Source: a virus. From it: a stretch of 41,768 nt of DNA. The notes under the pieces were generated by a model. It was not told where the DNA came from. It saw only the letters and a list, made by a program, of their open reading frames with translations, and did no database searches. Positions 16,189 through 25,264 of this stretch are shown here, one piece after another (position 1 is the stretch's first letter; the number at the start of each line of letters is the position of its first letter). The DNA is taken from the IMG/VR virus record IMGVR_UViG_3300029303_000014, one strand, 5' to 3'. The position numbers and the translations under genes are program-made.

Positions 16189-16548
16189 ATGGAAGTCCTT
16201 ATTATCAACGGCACGGACTACTCGTCCGCAATCGCAACTAAGGGGTATGGGTGGAGCAGAAACGACCTTGACAGCGACAAGACCACCCGTACCAAAGATG
16301 GCAAGATGCGGCGCGACAAGATCACCACCAAGCGAAAACTGAGGTATACAACGCACTCCGTCAAGCGTGACGTGCTGGCAAAACTTGATGACGATCTGAA
16401 CAAACCCACATGTACAGTCCAATACCTTGACCTGCATGGCATGAGAACAAGCACGTTTTACTGCTCGTCGATGGAATGCACGCTTGAAGAAGCAGCGGAC
16501 GACAATGAGGTGTGGGGCGGTGCGACGTTTAACTTGATTGAGGTGTAA
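16189..16548 (+). CDS. Tail component (post-TMP, distal tail region)
   Basis: 119 aa, by synteny, with AGGAGGGG RBS. Confidence 0.6.
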   Translation: MEVLIINGTDYSSAIATKGYGWSRNDLDSDKTTRTKDGKMRRDKITTKRKLRYTTHSVKRDVLAKLDDDLNKPTCTVQYLDLHGMRTSTFYCSSMECTLEEAADDNEVWGGATFNLIEV

Positions 16549-16550
16549 AT

Positions 16551-17228
16551 ATGGGGCAGACAACAAGTGCGCTGTGGCGCGAGCTGCTCCACAAGCCAGG
16601 CACAGAACGGGAGTATAAATTTGACGTCGCGGGCACGGAATATGGTAAAGACGCGGAAGTTTCGCATTCTGTCGAATCGCAGTTATTTGAAGAATTCGGC
16701 ATCGGAAACGCCTGCTGCGCAACATTAAAACTGGCACTGTATGCGGACAACGTACCGCGCGCCGCGACGATCAAGCGGTATCTCAGGCTTGTTAATGGCG
16801 GTCAGGCGACGGACTGGATCCCAAAAGGCGTGTTTTTTACCAACCGTCGTTCCTGCGATGGAGATTATTGGGAACTCGAAGCATACGACGCTATGAGAAA
16901 GGCTGACGTTGTGTGGGGGCCAGACCAGTCGCTTAACTTCCCGATGACTATGCCTGACGCTGTAAACATCTTTTGCCAGTTGATGGGCGTGGAGCTGGAC
17001 AGCCGAACAGTGCTCAACAGCTCGTACACCATCGACTATCCCGCAAATGATTACACTATCCGCAATGAGCTATGTTTTATCGCAGCGGCGCACGGCGGGA
17101 ATTGGATTATTACCGATGCAGGGAAACTATTGCTTATTCCCCTGTTGTCTATGCCTGCCGAGACGAACTATCTCATTACGGAAGCGGGCAATGCTATCAC
17201 GTTTGGAGGGGTGAGGATCCTTGTCTGA
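16551..17228 (+). CDS. Tail component (distal tail/baseplate)
   Basis: 225 aa, by synteny. Confidence 0.6.
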   Translation: MGQTTSALWRELLHKPGTEREYKFDVAGTEYGKDAEVSHSVESQLFEEFGIGNACCATLKLALYADNVPRAATIKRYLRLVNGGQATDWIPKGVFFTNRRSCDGDYWELEAYDAMRKADVVWGPDQSLNFPMTMPDAVNIFCQLMGVELDSRTVLNSSYTIDYPANDYTIRNELCFIAAAHGGNWIITDAGKLLLIPLLSMPAETNYLITEAGNAITFGGVRILV

Positions 17229-18570
17229 AAAGTATTATGTCGGCAAAGACGTTACAAGTTTTTCCGATAAGGGCAAGTACAAGCCTATCTCCCGTGTGAC
17301 ACTGCTTGTGGACGATGAAAATAGCCTGACGGCGGGCGATGATACCGGAATGGAAGTCATTGCAAGTTGCCCTCACGCCACGCAGCCAATGGTAAATGCT
17401 TTACTGCAAACCATGAAAGGTTACCAATATCAGGCATACGAAGCAGGTGCGGCAAACATCGATCCAGCGGCAGAGCTGGGCGACGGCGTGACGGTTGGTG
17501 GCATTTATTCGCCGCTGTCTAAAATCTCTGATGATGGTCGCGGATACGCGGGGATTTCTTCCCCCGGCGAACTGGAAATGGAAGATGAATACCCATCCGG
17601 CGGTTATATCACGCAGGAATTCAATCGCAAGATTGCCGAAACACGCTCTCTCATTACCAAAACCAGCGAGGAGATCAACCTCAAGGTCGAGGGCATCGAC
17701 GGGCGGGTATCGGACATCACGCAAACGGTCGATGGGATCAGTTTATCCGTCACGTCGGCGTCCAACCCGGACGGCCAGACGACCGCGACGATCACGCTCA
17801 AGGTCGGCCCCAACAACTATACGGGCTACATCAAGCTCGCCGGCAACGTGGATGTGTCCGGGCAGCTTTCTGCGGACGCGCTGTATTCTGCGCTCGGTGA
17901 GATCGCGGACTTGAGCGTCAACCGGCTGTCGACCTCGCGCCGGGTGGTCAAGTACCTTGCGGGCGACACTTCAGATGACAATTTTATTCGCGTGGCAGAA
18001 CAGAGCCTTGAGTTCGTCGCGGGCATCGCCAAGGGCACGACAGAGCAGGCTCGCAACCCTAACGGGGAGCTGATCTACTGGGAGGCAGACCCCGCGGGCG
18101 CGTCGATCGGCTCGGACGGCTATCCCTACGCAAACGGCGAGCGCATTTTTACCACCACCAAGCAGACAAACTGGCCGGTGATGGTCTATCAGTACGAGGA
18201 GCAGGTCAAGCGCGCGATCTCGTTTCAGTCAGACGGGAAATACTACTACCCTGTGGACGTCTTCGGTGCGGGCGACAACAACGGCAAGCAGCGCGGCTAC
18301 CTCGTCAAGCGGCAGAACTCGCTGGAGCTGACGTATGAGACGAGCACGGGAAAACAACTCGGTCTCGCCGCGCGGGACGAAGGATATTTAGACTTGATGG
18401 GGATGCGGAGAACCGTTGGGCTCAACTTTTCCGGATGGGACAAGGGCAGTTGGGGTGTCCTGCTGGAAGGCGTTAAGGAAATGCTGGATTACGGCGTCAC
18501 GCTGAACAGTGCGGGAGTCCCGGTTAAGATCACATACCCGGATGGGACGGACTGCCCCATCTACTGGTAA
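17221..18570 (+). CDS. Tail-tip structural protein (minor structural/tail fibre-like)
   Basis: 449 aa with a TTG start after GGAGGGGTGAGG, by synteny. Confidence 0.65.
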   Translation: MSEKYYVGKDVTSFSDKGKYKPISRVTLLVDDENSLTAGDDTGMEVIASCPHATQPMVNALLQTMKGYQYQAYEAGAANIDPAAELGDGVTVGGIYSPLSKISDDGRGYAGISSPGELEMEDEYPSGGYITQEFNRKIAETRSLITKTSEEINLKVEGIDGRVSDITQTVDGISLSVTSASNPDGQTTATITLKVGPNNYTGYIKLAGNVDVSGQLSADALYSALGEIADLSVNRLSTSRRVVKYLAGDTSDDNFIRVAEQSLEFVAGIAKGTTEQARNPNGELIYWEADPAGASIGSDGYPYANGERIFTTTKQTNWPVMVYQYEEQVKRAISFQSDGKYYYPVDVFGAGDNNGKQRGYLVKRQNSLELTYETSTGKQLGLAARDEGYLDLMGMRRTVGLNFSGWDKGSWGVLLEGVKEMLDYGVTLNSAGVPVKITYPDGTDCPIYW

Positions 18571-18581
18571 GGGGGCGGACG

Positions 18582-20063
18582 ATGGCGATCAAACACAAAA
18601 AGAGCTTTTTAACAGGATATCTGACCGGGCAGGCAATCAAGCGCGGGTTCAACAGCACGTTTGACGCGCACCGCCCGGACGGCAGCGGCACGCTGCGCGG
18701 CTATGATGCAGCCAGCTTTAAGGCAGGGCTGGCCGCAGGGCTGTGCGGAGACGGATATTTGCTGCCGTATACGCCGCCGGAGAAAAAACCGGGGATATTT
18801 GACGTCGAGGTCAACTGTGATGAAGTCATCATCGACCTGTATCTGCGCAATGCCCGTGGCGAGGCGACCGCGCCGAGTATCTACGGACTGCAGGACATGG
18901 GGGGATGGCTGCGGGACAACAATGTCAAGACTATCAGCGACTTCTATGCCTTCTGCGAGCGCGCAGCGCCGCACTTTGGTGGGGTGTTCAGCAAGAAAAA
19001 TGCGGCGCGGGTCACGGCGTTGTTTTATAACCGCTCTTATTTGCACGAGATATGTGCAAAAAAAACTCTCCCCTTCTCCTATCTCATTCGCGATGCTTAT
19101 ATGGCCGGCAAGATGACCTGGGAGCAATTCATGGACAACAAGCTTTCCGTGGATTCCCGTCTGGACAACTGGACATTCACACTGACACAGCATGTAAAAG
19201 CGGACTGCGGAGCAAGTGGCACGGCAGCTTTGACGCCGGTATATGTCATTAAGACCTATGTTCTTTGCCCTGGGAGGTATAGGTTCTCATTCGTTGAGAC
19301 AGTGTCTCCTCCGTTTGACGACGACGACACTTCTAAGGCATGGGTAGCAGTTGCTGTCCCTGGAGTATTTGGCAATACGAGCAACCTTAAAACGAAACAC
19401 AGCCAAGGTGACCTTTACTATCTTGCATCCGGAGAGAGCCTTGAGTTTGAAGTCCCAGTGGGGTCACTAGAGCATTCGCATCTCTTCATCAATCTGTGGC
19501 CGTGGCCACCCTTTAAGGTGGACGGATATAATGCTATGACAGATCAGGCACACCGCAGCTACCATGCAGGGATGACCCATGTTCAGACGCTCGCCATGGA
19601 TCTGCAGCTTGTTGAGATATATCCGATGCGCACACCGAACAAAAACGCGAATTTGACAAGTCTGCTCCGGGCGGTCGACGCGCTCGATGATTACAAAATC
19701 AAAAACGAGGAGCTCGACAGGCTTGAAGACCTCACGCTGGTGGACGAATACAGGCTGATGGTCAGCGGTTCGCCGCACGATCCAAAGGCATATCGGGCGA
19801 CCGCAGCAAAAACGAAGCACAGTGTCGGAGAGGACGACCTGCCGAAAGCACAGATCACCGCTCTTGCAACAGTTGAAAGCGGCATGAACGAGGTAAACGC
19901 CAACGGAGTGGAGACGCCGGTCGACGCGGTATCTCTCAGCCTCGTTTTGGGGGAGGCTGCACCGGGGCTGTCTTACCAGAAACACCAGATCGCGGGAGAA
20001 AAACTGAATTTGATCAATTCGTGGACTGCTCCGATCGTACGGAGGAGGGATGAGGAGAAGTGA
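18582..20063 (+). CDS. Putative receptor-binding / tail fibre protein
   Basis: 493 aa, by synteny. Contains an internal segment of lower G+C. Confidence 0.55.
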   Translation: MAIKHKKSFLTGYLTGQAIKRGFNSTFDAHRPDGSGTLRGYDAASFKAGLAAGLCGDGYLLPYTPPEKKPGIFDVEVNCDEVIIDLYLRNARGEATAPSIYGLQDMGGWLRDNNVKTISDFYAFCERAAPHFGGVFSKKNAARVTALFYNRSYLHEICAKKTLPFSYLIRDAYMAGKMTWEQFMDNKLSVDSRLDNWTFTLTQHVKADCGASGTAALTPVYVIKTYVLCPGRYRFSFVETVSPPFDDDDTSKAWVAVAVPGVFGNTSNLKTKHSQGDLYYLASGESLEFEVPVGSLEHSHLFINLWPWPPFKVDGYNAMTDQAHRSYHAGMTHVQTLAMDLQLVEIYPMRTPNKNANLTSLLRAVDALDDYKIKNEELDRLEDLTLVDEYRLMVSGSPHDPKAYRATAAKTKHSVGEDDLPKAQITALATVESGMNEVNANGVETPVDAVSLSLVLGEAAPGLSYQKHQIAGEKLNLINSWTAPIVRRRDEEK

Positions 20064-20335
20064 GAAAGGAGAAAGAGACGCGCGGAGCTGTCATCGCATA
20101 CACCCTAAATCTACTTGACCTATCATGCACGCTCTGGGCGCTGCATGGCGGGGCGGTGGAGCTTAATCCCCTGATGCGCTCCGTCCCGTTCATGGTCTGC
20201 TACAAGGTCGTCATCGTGGGGGTGCTGCTGTGGTGGCTGTCTACCCGGAGGGAGAGGGCGGCGCGGTATGCGCTATACGTTGCTGCCGCGGTCTACGGGG
20301 CGGTGGACGTGTACCATATGATCAACATTTTATGA
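20060..20335 (+). CDS. Small integral membrane protein (DUF5658-like)
   Basis: 91 aa with about 3 hydrophobic helices and a GTG start overlapping the upstream stop. Confidence 0.55.
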   Translation: MRKEKETRGAVIAYTLNLLDLSCTLWALHGGAVELNPLMRSVPFMVCYKVVIVGVLLWWLSTRRERAARYALYVAAAVYGAVDVYHMINIL

Positions 20336-20349
20336 AAAGGAGGGGCAAC

Positions 20350-20586
20350 ATGGACAAAACCATTGACGATCTGCTTGCGGCGGAAGCTGTAACGGCGGAT
20401 GATCTCTTTGTGGTGCAACAAAATGCGACGGCAAAAAAGGTGTCCGGTGACACTTTGCACAAATATTTTGGGCAGGAGGCCGGGTTACCAAAGCCTGATG
20501 GCGCGGAAGAAGGTGCTTTTCTCCGCGTCCGAAATAAAAAGTGGGTGGCGGAAACCGTGCCCGCAGCGGAAGGAGGGACGTTCTGA
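20350..20586 (+). CDS. Hypothetical tail-fibre-module protein (78 aa)
   Basis: AAAGGAGGGG RBS upstream of ATG 20350. Confidence 0.6.
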   Translation: MDKTIDDLLAAEAVTADDLFVVQQNATAKKVSGDTLHKYFGQEAGLPKPDGAEEGAFLRVRNKKWVAETVPAAEGGTF

Positions 20587-20828
20587 TGGCTGATTACTTG
20601 GTACAGGACACGAGCCTAACGGCAGTTGCGGACGCCATCCGGGAACGTGGCGGGACAACCGCGCCCTTGAGCTTCCCAGATGGGATGGCTGAGGCGGTGC
20701 GCAACATCCAGAGTGGGGGCGGCGATCTATCGTCCGTTGATGTGTACATTGCGGATTTTACCGCCCCGGCGGACTTAATTGTAACGGCGGGCGCAGTGGA
20801 CAAATACGCGCGCATCGTTGTTGCGTAA
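20586..20828 (+). CDS. Hypothetical tail-fibre-module protein (80 aa)
   Basis: ATG overlaps the upstream TGA (TGATG). Confidence 0.6.
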   Translation: MADYLVQDTSLTAVADAIRERGGTTAPLSFPDGMAEAVRNIQSGGGDLSSVDVYIADFTAPADLIVTAGAVDKYARIVVA

Positions 20829-20843
20829 GGAGGTGCGGCAAAT

Positions 20844-21785
20844 ATGGCAAGACCAATCAGCGGAATCGACCTGACCGAAGTCCTCCACTACACGGAAACC
20901 ATCAGCGGCGTGACACAGACCGTTGCTTACTGGCCCATCCGCAAGGACGCGGACGGCGTGGTACTCCTGCGGAAAAATGTGCTGGACGAGCAGCGCAAAA
21001 TGAGCACAACCGATGAAGCAACGTACATCAATAACCTGGTGGATACATGGCTGAATGACGAAACAGCGGGCTATCTCTCGTATTTTGACGAGAAAATGCG
21101 GGCGTGCATCATCCCGTCCACAATCAAAATCAAGCCATATAACTCCGACGTCGTAACCGAGATCGCGCGGCAAGTGTATCTGCTCAGCGAGGACGAGGTA
21201 GCGACCGGCGGCGTGGAGGGCGAGAGCATCCTGCCGATGCTCAAGGCGCATACGGGCGAGACGAACGATAACAATGCGCGAAAAGCATTCAATACAGATG
21301 GTGTCTTGAAAAACTGGTGGCTACGCAATGCCGTGAGTGCCGAGCAGTTCCAATTTATCCTTTCAAATGGCGTGCTTTCATACACCTCTGCGAGTACTAA
21401 TGCTTCAGTCCGCCCTGTATTCAAGGTGGCGAACAATACTCTGGTATCCGACAAAACGTCGGACACTATCTACATCCTGCCGGATGCCAGCAAGCCTTAC
21501 CGGGAATTAAGCTTCACGGCGTTTTTGGGCAGCACGGCACAGCGACCCAAACGGGCAAAGGTGCAGGTGGCGATCAACTATGCAACGGAGAAAACCATCT
21601 ACATCAGCAACAACGCCAAGGACGCTAACCCCGTGTGGGTGACGTGCGAACCGGATCAGGTGGTGGAGCTGCCCAACGCCGAGAAAACCACGGAATTGTG
21701 GGAGCTAGGCGTGAAAATCTACGCCAAAGGCGAGGGCAGAGTGACATGTGGGGAGCCGGTGGCGATCGCGGAGGAGGCAAAATGA
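20844..21785 (+). CDS. Tail fibre accessory/receptor-binding candidate (DUF6273-like core)
   Basis: 313 aa. The pattern KNWWLRNA...VRPVFKV is recalled from DUF6273-type domains. Confidence 0.6.
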   Translation: MARPISGIDLTEVLHYTETISGVTQTVAYWPIRKDADGVVLLRKNVLDEQRKMSTTDEATYINNLVDTWLNDETAGYLSYFDEKMRACIIPSTIKIKPYNSDVVTEIARQVYLLSEDEVATGGVEGESILPMLKAHTGETNDNNARKAFNTDGVLKNWWLRNAVSAEQFQFILSNGVLSYTSASTNASVRPVFKVANNTLVSDKTSDTIYILPDASKPYRELSFTAFLGSTAQRPKRAKVQVAINYATEKTIYISNNAKDANPVWVTCEPDQVVELPNAEKTTELWELGVKIYAKGEGRVTCGEPVAIAEEAK

Positions 21786-21934
21786 AACTTTGTGATTACA
21801 TCCAAAAACGCAGTGAAGAAAGCGCAAAGCAGGCAGAAAACATGCGGGTGTTAGAAAGTGAGAATCAACTGCTGAAAGAGCAGGTAGAGGACACGGAAAC
21901 GGCTGCTAAAATTTTGCTTGGGGAGGAGCAGTAA
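21782..21934 (+). CDS. Small coiled-coil protein (50 aa)
   Basis: ATGA overlap with the upstream gene. Confidence 0.5.
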   Translation: MKLCDYIQKRSEESAKQAENMRVLESENQLLKEQVEDTETAAKILLGEEQ

Positions 21935-22098
21935 TGGACAAAACCTACACGGAGCGGGCACGTGAGTGCGTGGCAGAGACGCGAGAGGCACTGCAAGCGG
22001 TCTACAACGACCTTAATCAAGGTCAGAGAAAGAAGCTGCTGCGTAACCCTGCCATCCGCTCGATGTTTGAGCGGTATGGGGTGGAAATCGAAAAGTAA
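21934..22098 (+). CDS. Small ORF (54 aa, below the track cutoff)
   Basis: TAATG overlap and GGGGAGGAG upstream. Translation MDKTYTERARECVAETREAL... Confidence 0.5.
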   Translation: MDKTYTERARECVAETREALQAVYNDLNQGQRKKLLRNPAIRSMFERYGVEIEK

Positions 22099-22117
22099 CG
22101 GAGAAAGGGAGCGGGAT

Positions 22118-22420
22118 ATGGATAACGCAAAGCACTACGATGACGCAGAGATCGCGCTGATTGAAAGTCGATGCAAGAGCAATACGCATCGAATCAACGA
22201 GCTACAGGAGCATCAAACGGCGCTTGACAGGCTGGCAACGTCGGTCGAGGTGCTGGCGACCAAGCAGGAGACCGTTGAGGAAGACGTCAAGGAGATCAAA
22301 GAGGACGTGAAAGCCATCACGGGCAAGGCGGGGAAACGGTGGGACGGGCTGGTCGACAAGGCTCTCGCGGCGCTGGCGGGCGCGTTTATCGCGTGGCTGC
22401 TGAGTGGGGCGGTCGGATGA
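22118..22420 (+). CDS. XhlA-like lysis-associated membrane protein
   Basis: 100 aa with a coiled coil plus a C-terminal TM (ALAALAGAFIAWLLSGAV). First gene of the lysis cassette. Confidence 0.62.
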   Translation: MDNAKHYDDAEIALIESRCKSNTHRINELQEHQTALDRLATSVEVLATKQETVEEDVKEIKEDVKAITGKAGKRWDGLVDKALAALAGAFIAWLLSGAVG

Positions 22421-22665
22421 AGCGCCTTATCAAAAAGGCATCGAAATTGCGAACGAGGAACATCATTTTGATTATCGTTGGCATTTTCATCGCCGCTTTT
22501 GTGATCTACACGGTCATCTTTTACAGCATCAAGGGGTGGCAGTGGGACAACATCTTCCCGTACCTGCTGGGTACGGGCGGCATCATCGAAGCCTTTACTG
22601 GGCTTTTGACACTGGTAGAAATTATCGTTGGACGGAAACGAAAGGAGAAAGACAATGAAGTTTGA
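22417..22665 (+). CDS. Holin-like two-TM membrane protein
   Basis: 82 aa with ATGA overlap, two hydrophobic helices and a charged C-terminus. Confidence 0.6.
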   Translation: MKRLIKKASKLRTRNIILIIVGIFIAAFVIYTVIFYSIKGWQWDNIFPYLLGTGGIIEAFTGLLTLVEIIVGRKRKEKDNEV

Positions 22666-22879
22666 AATGAGCAACAAGGTGTACGATGTGCTCAAGTGGC
22701 TCGTGCTGATCGTGCTGCCCGCGTGTTCTGGACTGTACGCCGCGCTGGCGGGCGTTTGGGGCTGGGGGTATGTAGAGCAAGTCACGACCACCATCAGCGC
22801 CGTGGCACTGTTTATCGGCGCGCTCATCGGCGTGTCCAGCGCCAACTACAAAAAGGAGCACGGCGATGTATCACAGTAG
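22655..22879 (+). CDS. Holin (Dp-1-type holin family)
   Basis: 74 aa. NKVYDVLKWLVLIVLPA...LYAALAGVWGWGY resembles Dp-1 family holins. AAAGGAG RBS. Confidence 0.75.
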   Translation: MKFEMSNKVYDVLKWLVLIVLPACSGLYAALAGVWGWGYVEQVTTTISAVALFIGALIGVSSANYKKEHGDVSQ

Positions 22880-23474
22880 GGACATTGCTGACCTGCGGGC
22901 GGACGTGCGCGCAAACTGCGTCATCTTCCTCGGCCTCTGCAAGGAGGCGGGGCTTCCGGTTCTGGTGACGGAAACGGTCAGAGACGACGAGTATCAGCGC
23001 TATCTTGCCGCGAACGGCTACGCGGCAAAGGCTGCGACGCGCCCGACGTTCCACGGCGTCAAGGCGGGGCTGGCGTTCGACATCTGCAAAAATGTCAAGG
23101 GGCATGAGTACGACGATCCGTCGTTCTTCGCCCGCTGCGGGCAGATCGGCAAGCAGGTCGGCTTTTCGTGGGGCGGCGACTGGAAGAAATTCCCGGACAA
23201 GCCGCACTTCCAGTGGGACGATCATATGCGATACACAGGGAGCATGATCTTGGCGGGCAAGTACCCGCCGGAAATGGAGGAGTACATGGATCAGGCAACG
23301 TTTAACAAGATGATGGACACTTACCTTGCGCAGCTCGACACCAAGCCCGTCTCTTCATGGGCGGCCAAAGACTGGGCGGCGGCAAAGGCTGCGGGCATCA
23401 CGGATGGCAGCGCCCCGCAGGGGCTTATCACACGGCAGGAAGCCGTGACGATGATCCGGAGAGCGGCAAAATAA
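22866..23474 (+). CDS. Endolysin, M15-family (VanY / L-Ala-D-Glu peptidase-like) metallopeptidase
   Basis: 202 aa with H..G.AFD and DKPHFQ zinc-ligand-like motifs. Follows the holins. Confidence 0.82.
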   Translation: MYHSRDIADLRADVRANCVIFLGLCKEAGLPVLVTETVRDDEYQRYLAANGYAAKAATRPTFHGVKAGLAFDICKNVKGHEYDDPSFFARCGQIGKQVGFSWGGDWKKFPDKPHFQWDDHMRYTGSMILAGKYPPEMEEYMDQATFNKMMDTYLAQLDTKPVSSWAAKDWAAAKAAGITDGSAPQGLITRQEAVTMIRRAAK

Positions 23475-23535
23475 CGGTGTCCGATTCGGGCACGGAAAGG
23501 AAAACGGGCGGGAGACCTGCAACGTCTCCCCTCGC

Positions 23536-23811
23536 GTGAGCGCTCTGCAAGCCCCAGCGCACAGCATGGACAAGCAGCACCGAGCGATCCGCGCGCAACT
23601 ATCCTCTATGGCCCCGCGCAGGGCTATAGCATACATCCAAGCCTATGACCTGCCGCCCGATGAAATGGCATGCCTCATCGAGTGTGACGTGCGAGGGCAT
23701 TCCCTCGTGCAGGTCGCCGCTCAGCTCCACATGAGCGTGGACGGCCTCGCCAAGCTGCGCCGCCGGGCTTACCGCAAGCTTGCCGACGGGCAGAAAGAGA
23801 GCACCGACTGA
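23536..23811 (+). CDS. Sigma-70 region-4-like / small HTH protein; start uncertain
   Basis: C-terminal LPPDEMACLIECDVRGHSLVQVAAQLHMSVDGLAKLRRRAYRKL resembles sigma70_r4. None of the candidate starts has a good RBS. Confidence 0.5.
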   Translation: MSALQAPAHSMDKQHRAIRAQLSSMAPRRAIAYIQAYDLPPDEMACLIECDVRGHSLVQVAAQLHMSVDGLAKLRRRAYRKLADGQKESTD

Positions 23812-23832
23812 TTAGTCGGTGCTCTCTTTTTT
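23794..23832. terminator. Bidirectional terminator: perfect 16-bp stem with a GATT loop
   Basis: AAAGAGAGCACCGACT-GATT-AGTCGGTGCTCTCTTT followed by a T-run. The stop codons of both convergent genes lie in or next to the loop. Confidence 0.85.
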
Positions 23833-24402
23833 GACTTCGCTTTGCTTTGATTTCGTCCCGCTCCGGCGCTTGGCGTCCGCGCGATGCTGGACCTCTTTTC
23901 GGTGGGCTGCGGCGCACTCAGGGGAGCAGGTAACGGTGGGGGTGCCGGGGACTATCTCCCGGCCACAGACGACACAGACCTTAACGCCGCTGCGGGATTT
24001 TTCGTGGCGTTTTATGTAGTAATCGTGTACGGCGTTCCAGCTTTTTGACTGCGCACGGTCGATTTCACGGACGGCATCCGGGGCGCATTTTGGACAATAC
24101 TTTTGCAATCCAGATTGGACGACATACTCTCCACCGCAGATCACGCAGTTATCGATATCTCCCAGATGCCGGGAAAAACCGGTGGCCCGGTACTTTTGTT
24201 TCCTGACCTTCTCCCGCTCTGCCCGGCAGGTTAGGCAGTAACTGGCTCTGGGCCCTCCGATGAAGTTGGCCCCGCAGGTGTGGCAGGTTCGCGTGCGCAG
24301 GGTGGTCGACCGGGATGCGGCAAGGCAGTCATCGCACTTCGCCTGCTCTGCGCGATCGGTGGAAAAAATCTTGCCGCAGGTGATACATTTTTTAGTCCGC
24401 AT
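23812..24402 (-). CDS. Protein with four CxxC...CxxC zinc-ribbon repeats (196 aa)
   Basis: Internal ATG 24402 with an AAAGGAG RBS. The longer track ORF overlaps the upstream HTH gene. Four CxxC pairs are spaced regularly. Confidence 0.7.
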   Translation of the reverse strand: MRTKKCITCGKIFSTDRAEQAKCDDCLAASRSTTLRTRTCHTCGANFIGGPRASYCLTCRAEREKVRKQKYRATGFSRHLGDIDNCVICGGEYVVQSGLQKYCPKCAPDAVREIDRAQSKSWNAVHDYYIKRHEKSRSGVKVCVVCGREIVPGTPTVTCSPECAAAHRKEVQHRADAKRRSGTKSKQSEVKKESTD

Positions 24403-24422
24403 ACACAGTCTCCTTTGCCGCG

Positions 24423-24704
24423 TTATAACAAAAATTTTGCATCTACGACCAGCGCGTCGGCGATGGCAAGCAGGTTTTTGGCGGTCAGGTTGCCCGCCTC
24501 CGCCTCCCCCAGCTCCACGCGCTGGATCTGGCGGATATTGACGCCGGACTTCTTGGCAAGCTCGGACTGAGTCATGTCCGCCATGCGGCGCGACCACTCC
24601 AGCTTGGTGATCGGGCGGTTATGGCAGTCTCGCCCGTAATTGACCAGCGAGCAGGCGGTGCAGTCGCCGTCCTCTCGCTGGCAGTCGCTGTACTTTCGTC
24701 TCAT
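24423..24704 (-). CDS. XRE-family HTH regulator with an N-terminal 4-Cys cluster (93 aa)
   Basis: ATG 24704. C-x7-C-x2-C-x9-C is followed by MTQSELAKKSGVNIRQIQRVELGE (HTH_3). Confidence 0.8.
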   Translation of the reverse strand: MRRKYSDCQREDGDCTACSLVNYGRDCHNRPITKLEWSRRMADMTQSELAKKSGVNIRQIQRVELGEAEAGNLTAKNLLAIADALVVDAKFLL

Positions 24705-24718
24705 AGCCGCCACTTCCT

Positions 24719-24937
24719 TTAAAGGAGATCGTAGCCGACGAGAGGGAAACTGCCGTATTCGTCCGGCTCCTGCCCATACACGGGACGGAGGCGGCAGCCC
24801 TCGTCGATGTCCCATTCCTCACCGTTCCAGCAGTCGTCGCCGTACTGCTGAAGCCATTCGCCGAGAGCGGAGAGATTTTCGTCGGTGGGGTTCTTAATGG
24901 CCGCCTCGCGGAGTTCTTCATATTTGTATTCGTTCAT
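24719..24937 (-). CDS. Small highly acidic protein (72 aa; 18 D/E vs 5 K/R)
   Basis: ATG 24937 with a GGAGGAAGAAC RBS. Residue counts done by hand. Confidence 0.7.
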   Translation of the reverse strand: MNEYKYEELREAAIKNPTDENLSALGEWLQQYGDDCWNGEEWDIDEGCRLRPVYGQEPDEYGSFPLVGYDLL

Positions 24938-24959
24938 GATGTTCTTCCTCCTGTAAGTT

Positions 24960-25220
24960 TTATAGATTGAGCATGGACGCTCCGCCATTGCGGGCGTCGA
25001 CAATGTTGGTGATCTCCTCATAGCAGGCCGTGGGGTCCGGCTCGCCGCCCTCCCAGCCGTCGGCGATGGGGTCTCCGCCCGCCTTGAGCGCGTCCAGCGT
25101 CCCAACGACCAGAGCGCGGTCCGCGTCGCAGAGGTAGTAGATGAAGGAGCCGTTCTCGTCCATGACAGCGAGGTGAAGGCGGCCGGCATTGTCTTCATAA
25201 ATGCTGTAATTGTACTTCAT
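24960..25220 (-). CDS. Small highly acidic protein (86 aa; 15 D/E vs 5 K/R)
   Basis: GGGAGGAAATAGAA RBS. First gene after the consensus promoter. Confidence 0.7.
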   Translation of the reverse strand: MKYNYSIYEDNAGRLHLAVMDENGSFIYYLCDADRALVVGTLDALKAGGDPIADGWEGGEPDPTACYEEITNIVDARNGGASMLNL

Positions 25221-25264
25221 TTCTATTTCCTCCCGAGGTGTTTCCCTCTCTTGTTTACATGTTT

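Noticed and set aside
17221-21785. Diversity-generating retroelement targeting the tail fibre genes.
   Set aside because: No reverse transcriptase ORF exists anywhere in the 41.7 kb. I saw no template/variable repeat pair by eye, though a computed self-dot-plot would be needed to exclude short repeats fully.
23536-23811. A full-length phage sigma factor.
   Set aside because: Only a region-4-like HTH of about 60 residues is recognisable, with no region 2. The start codon is uncertain and lacks an RBS. It is kept only as a small HTH protein.
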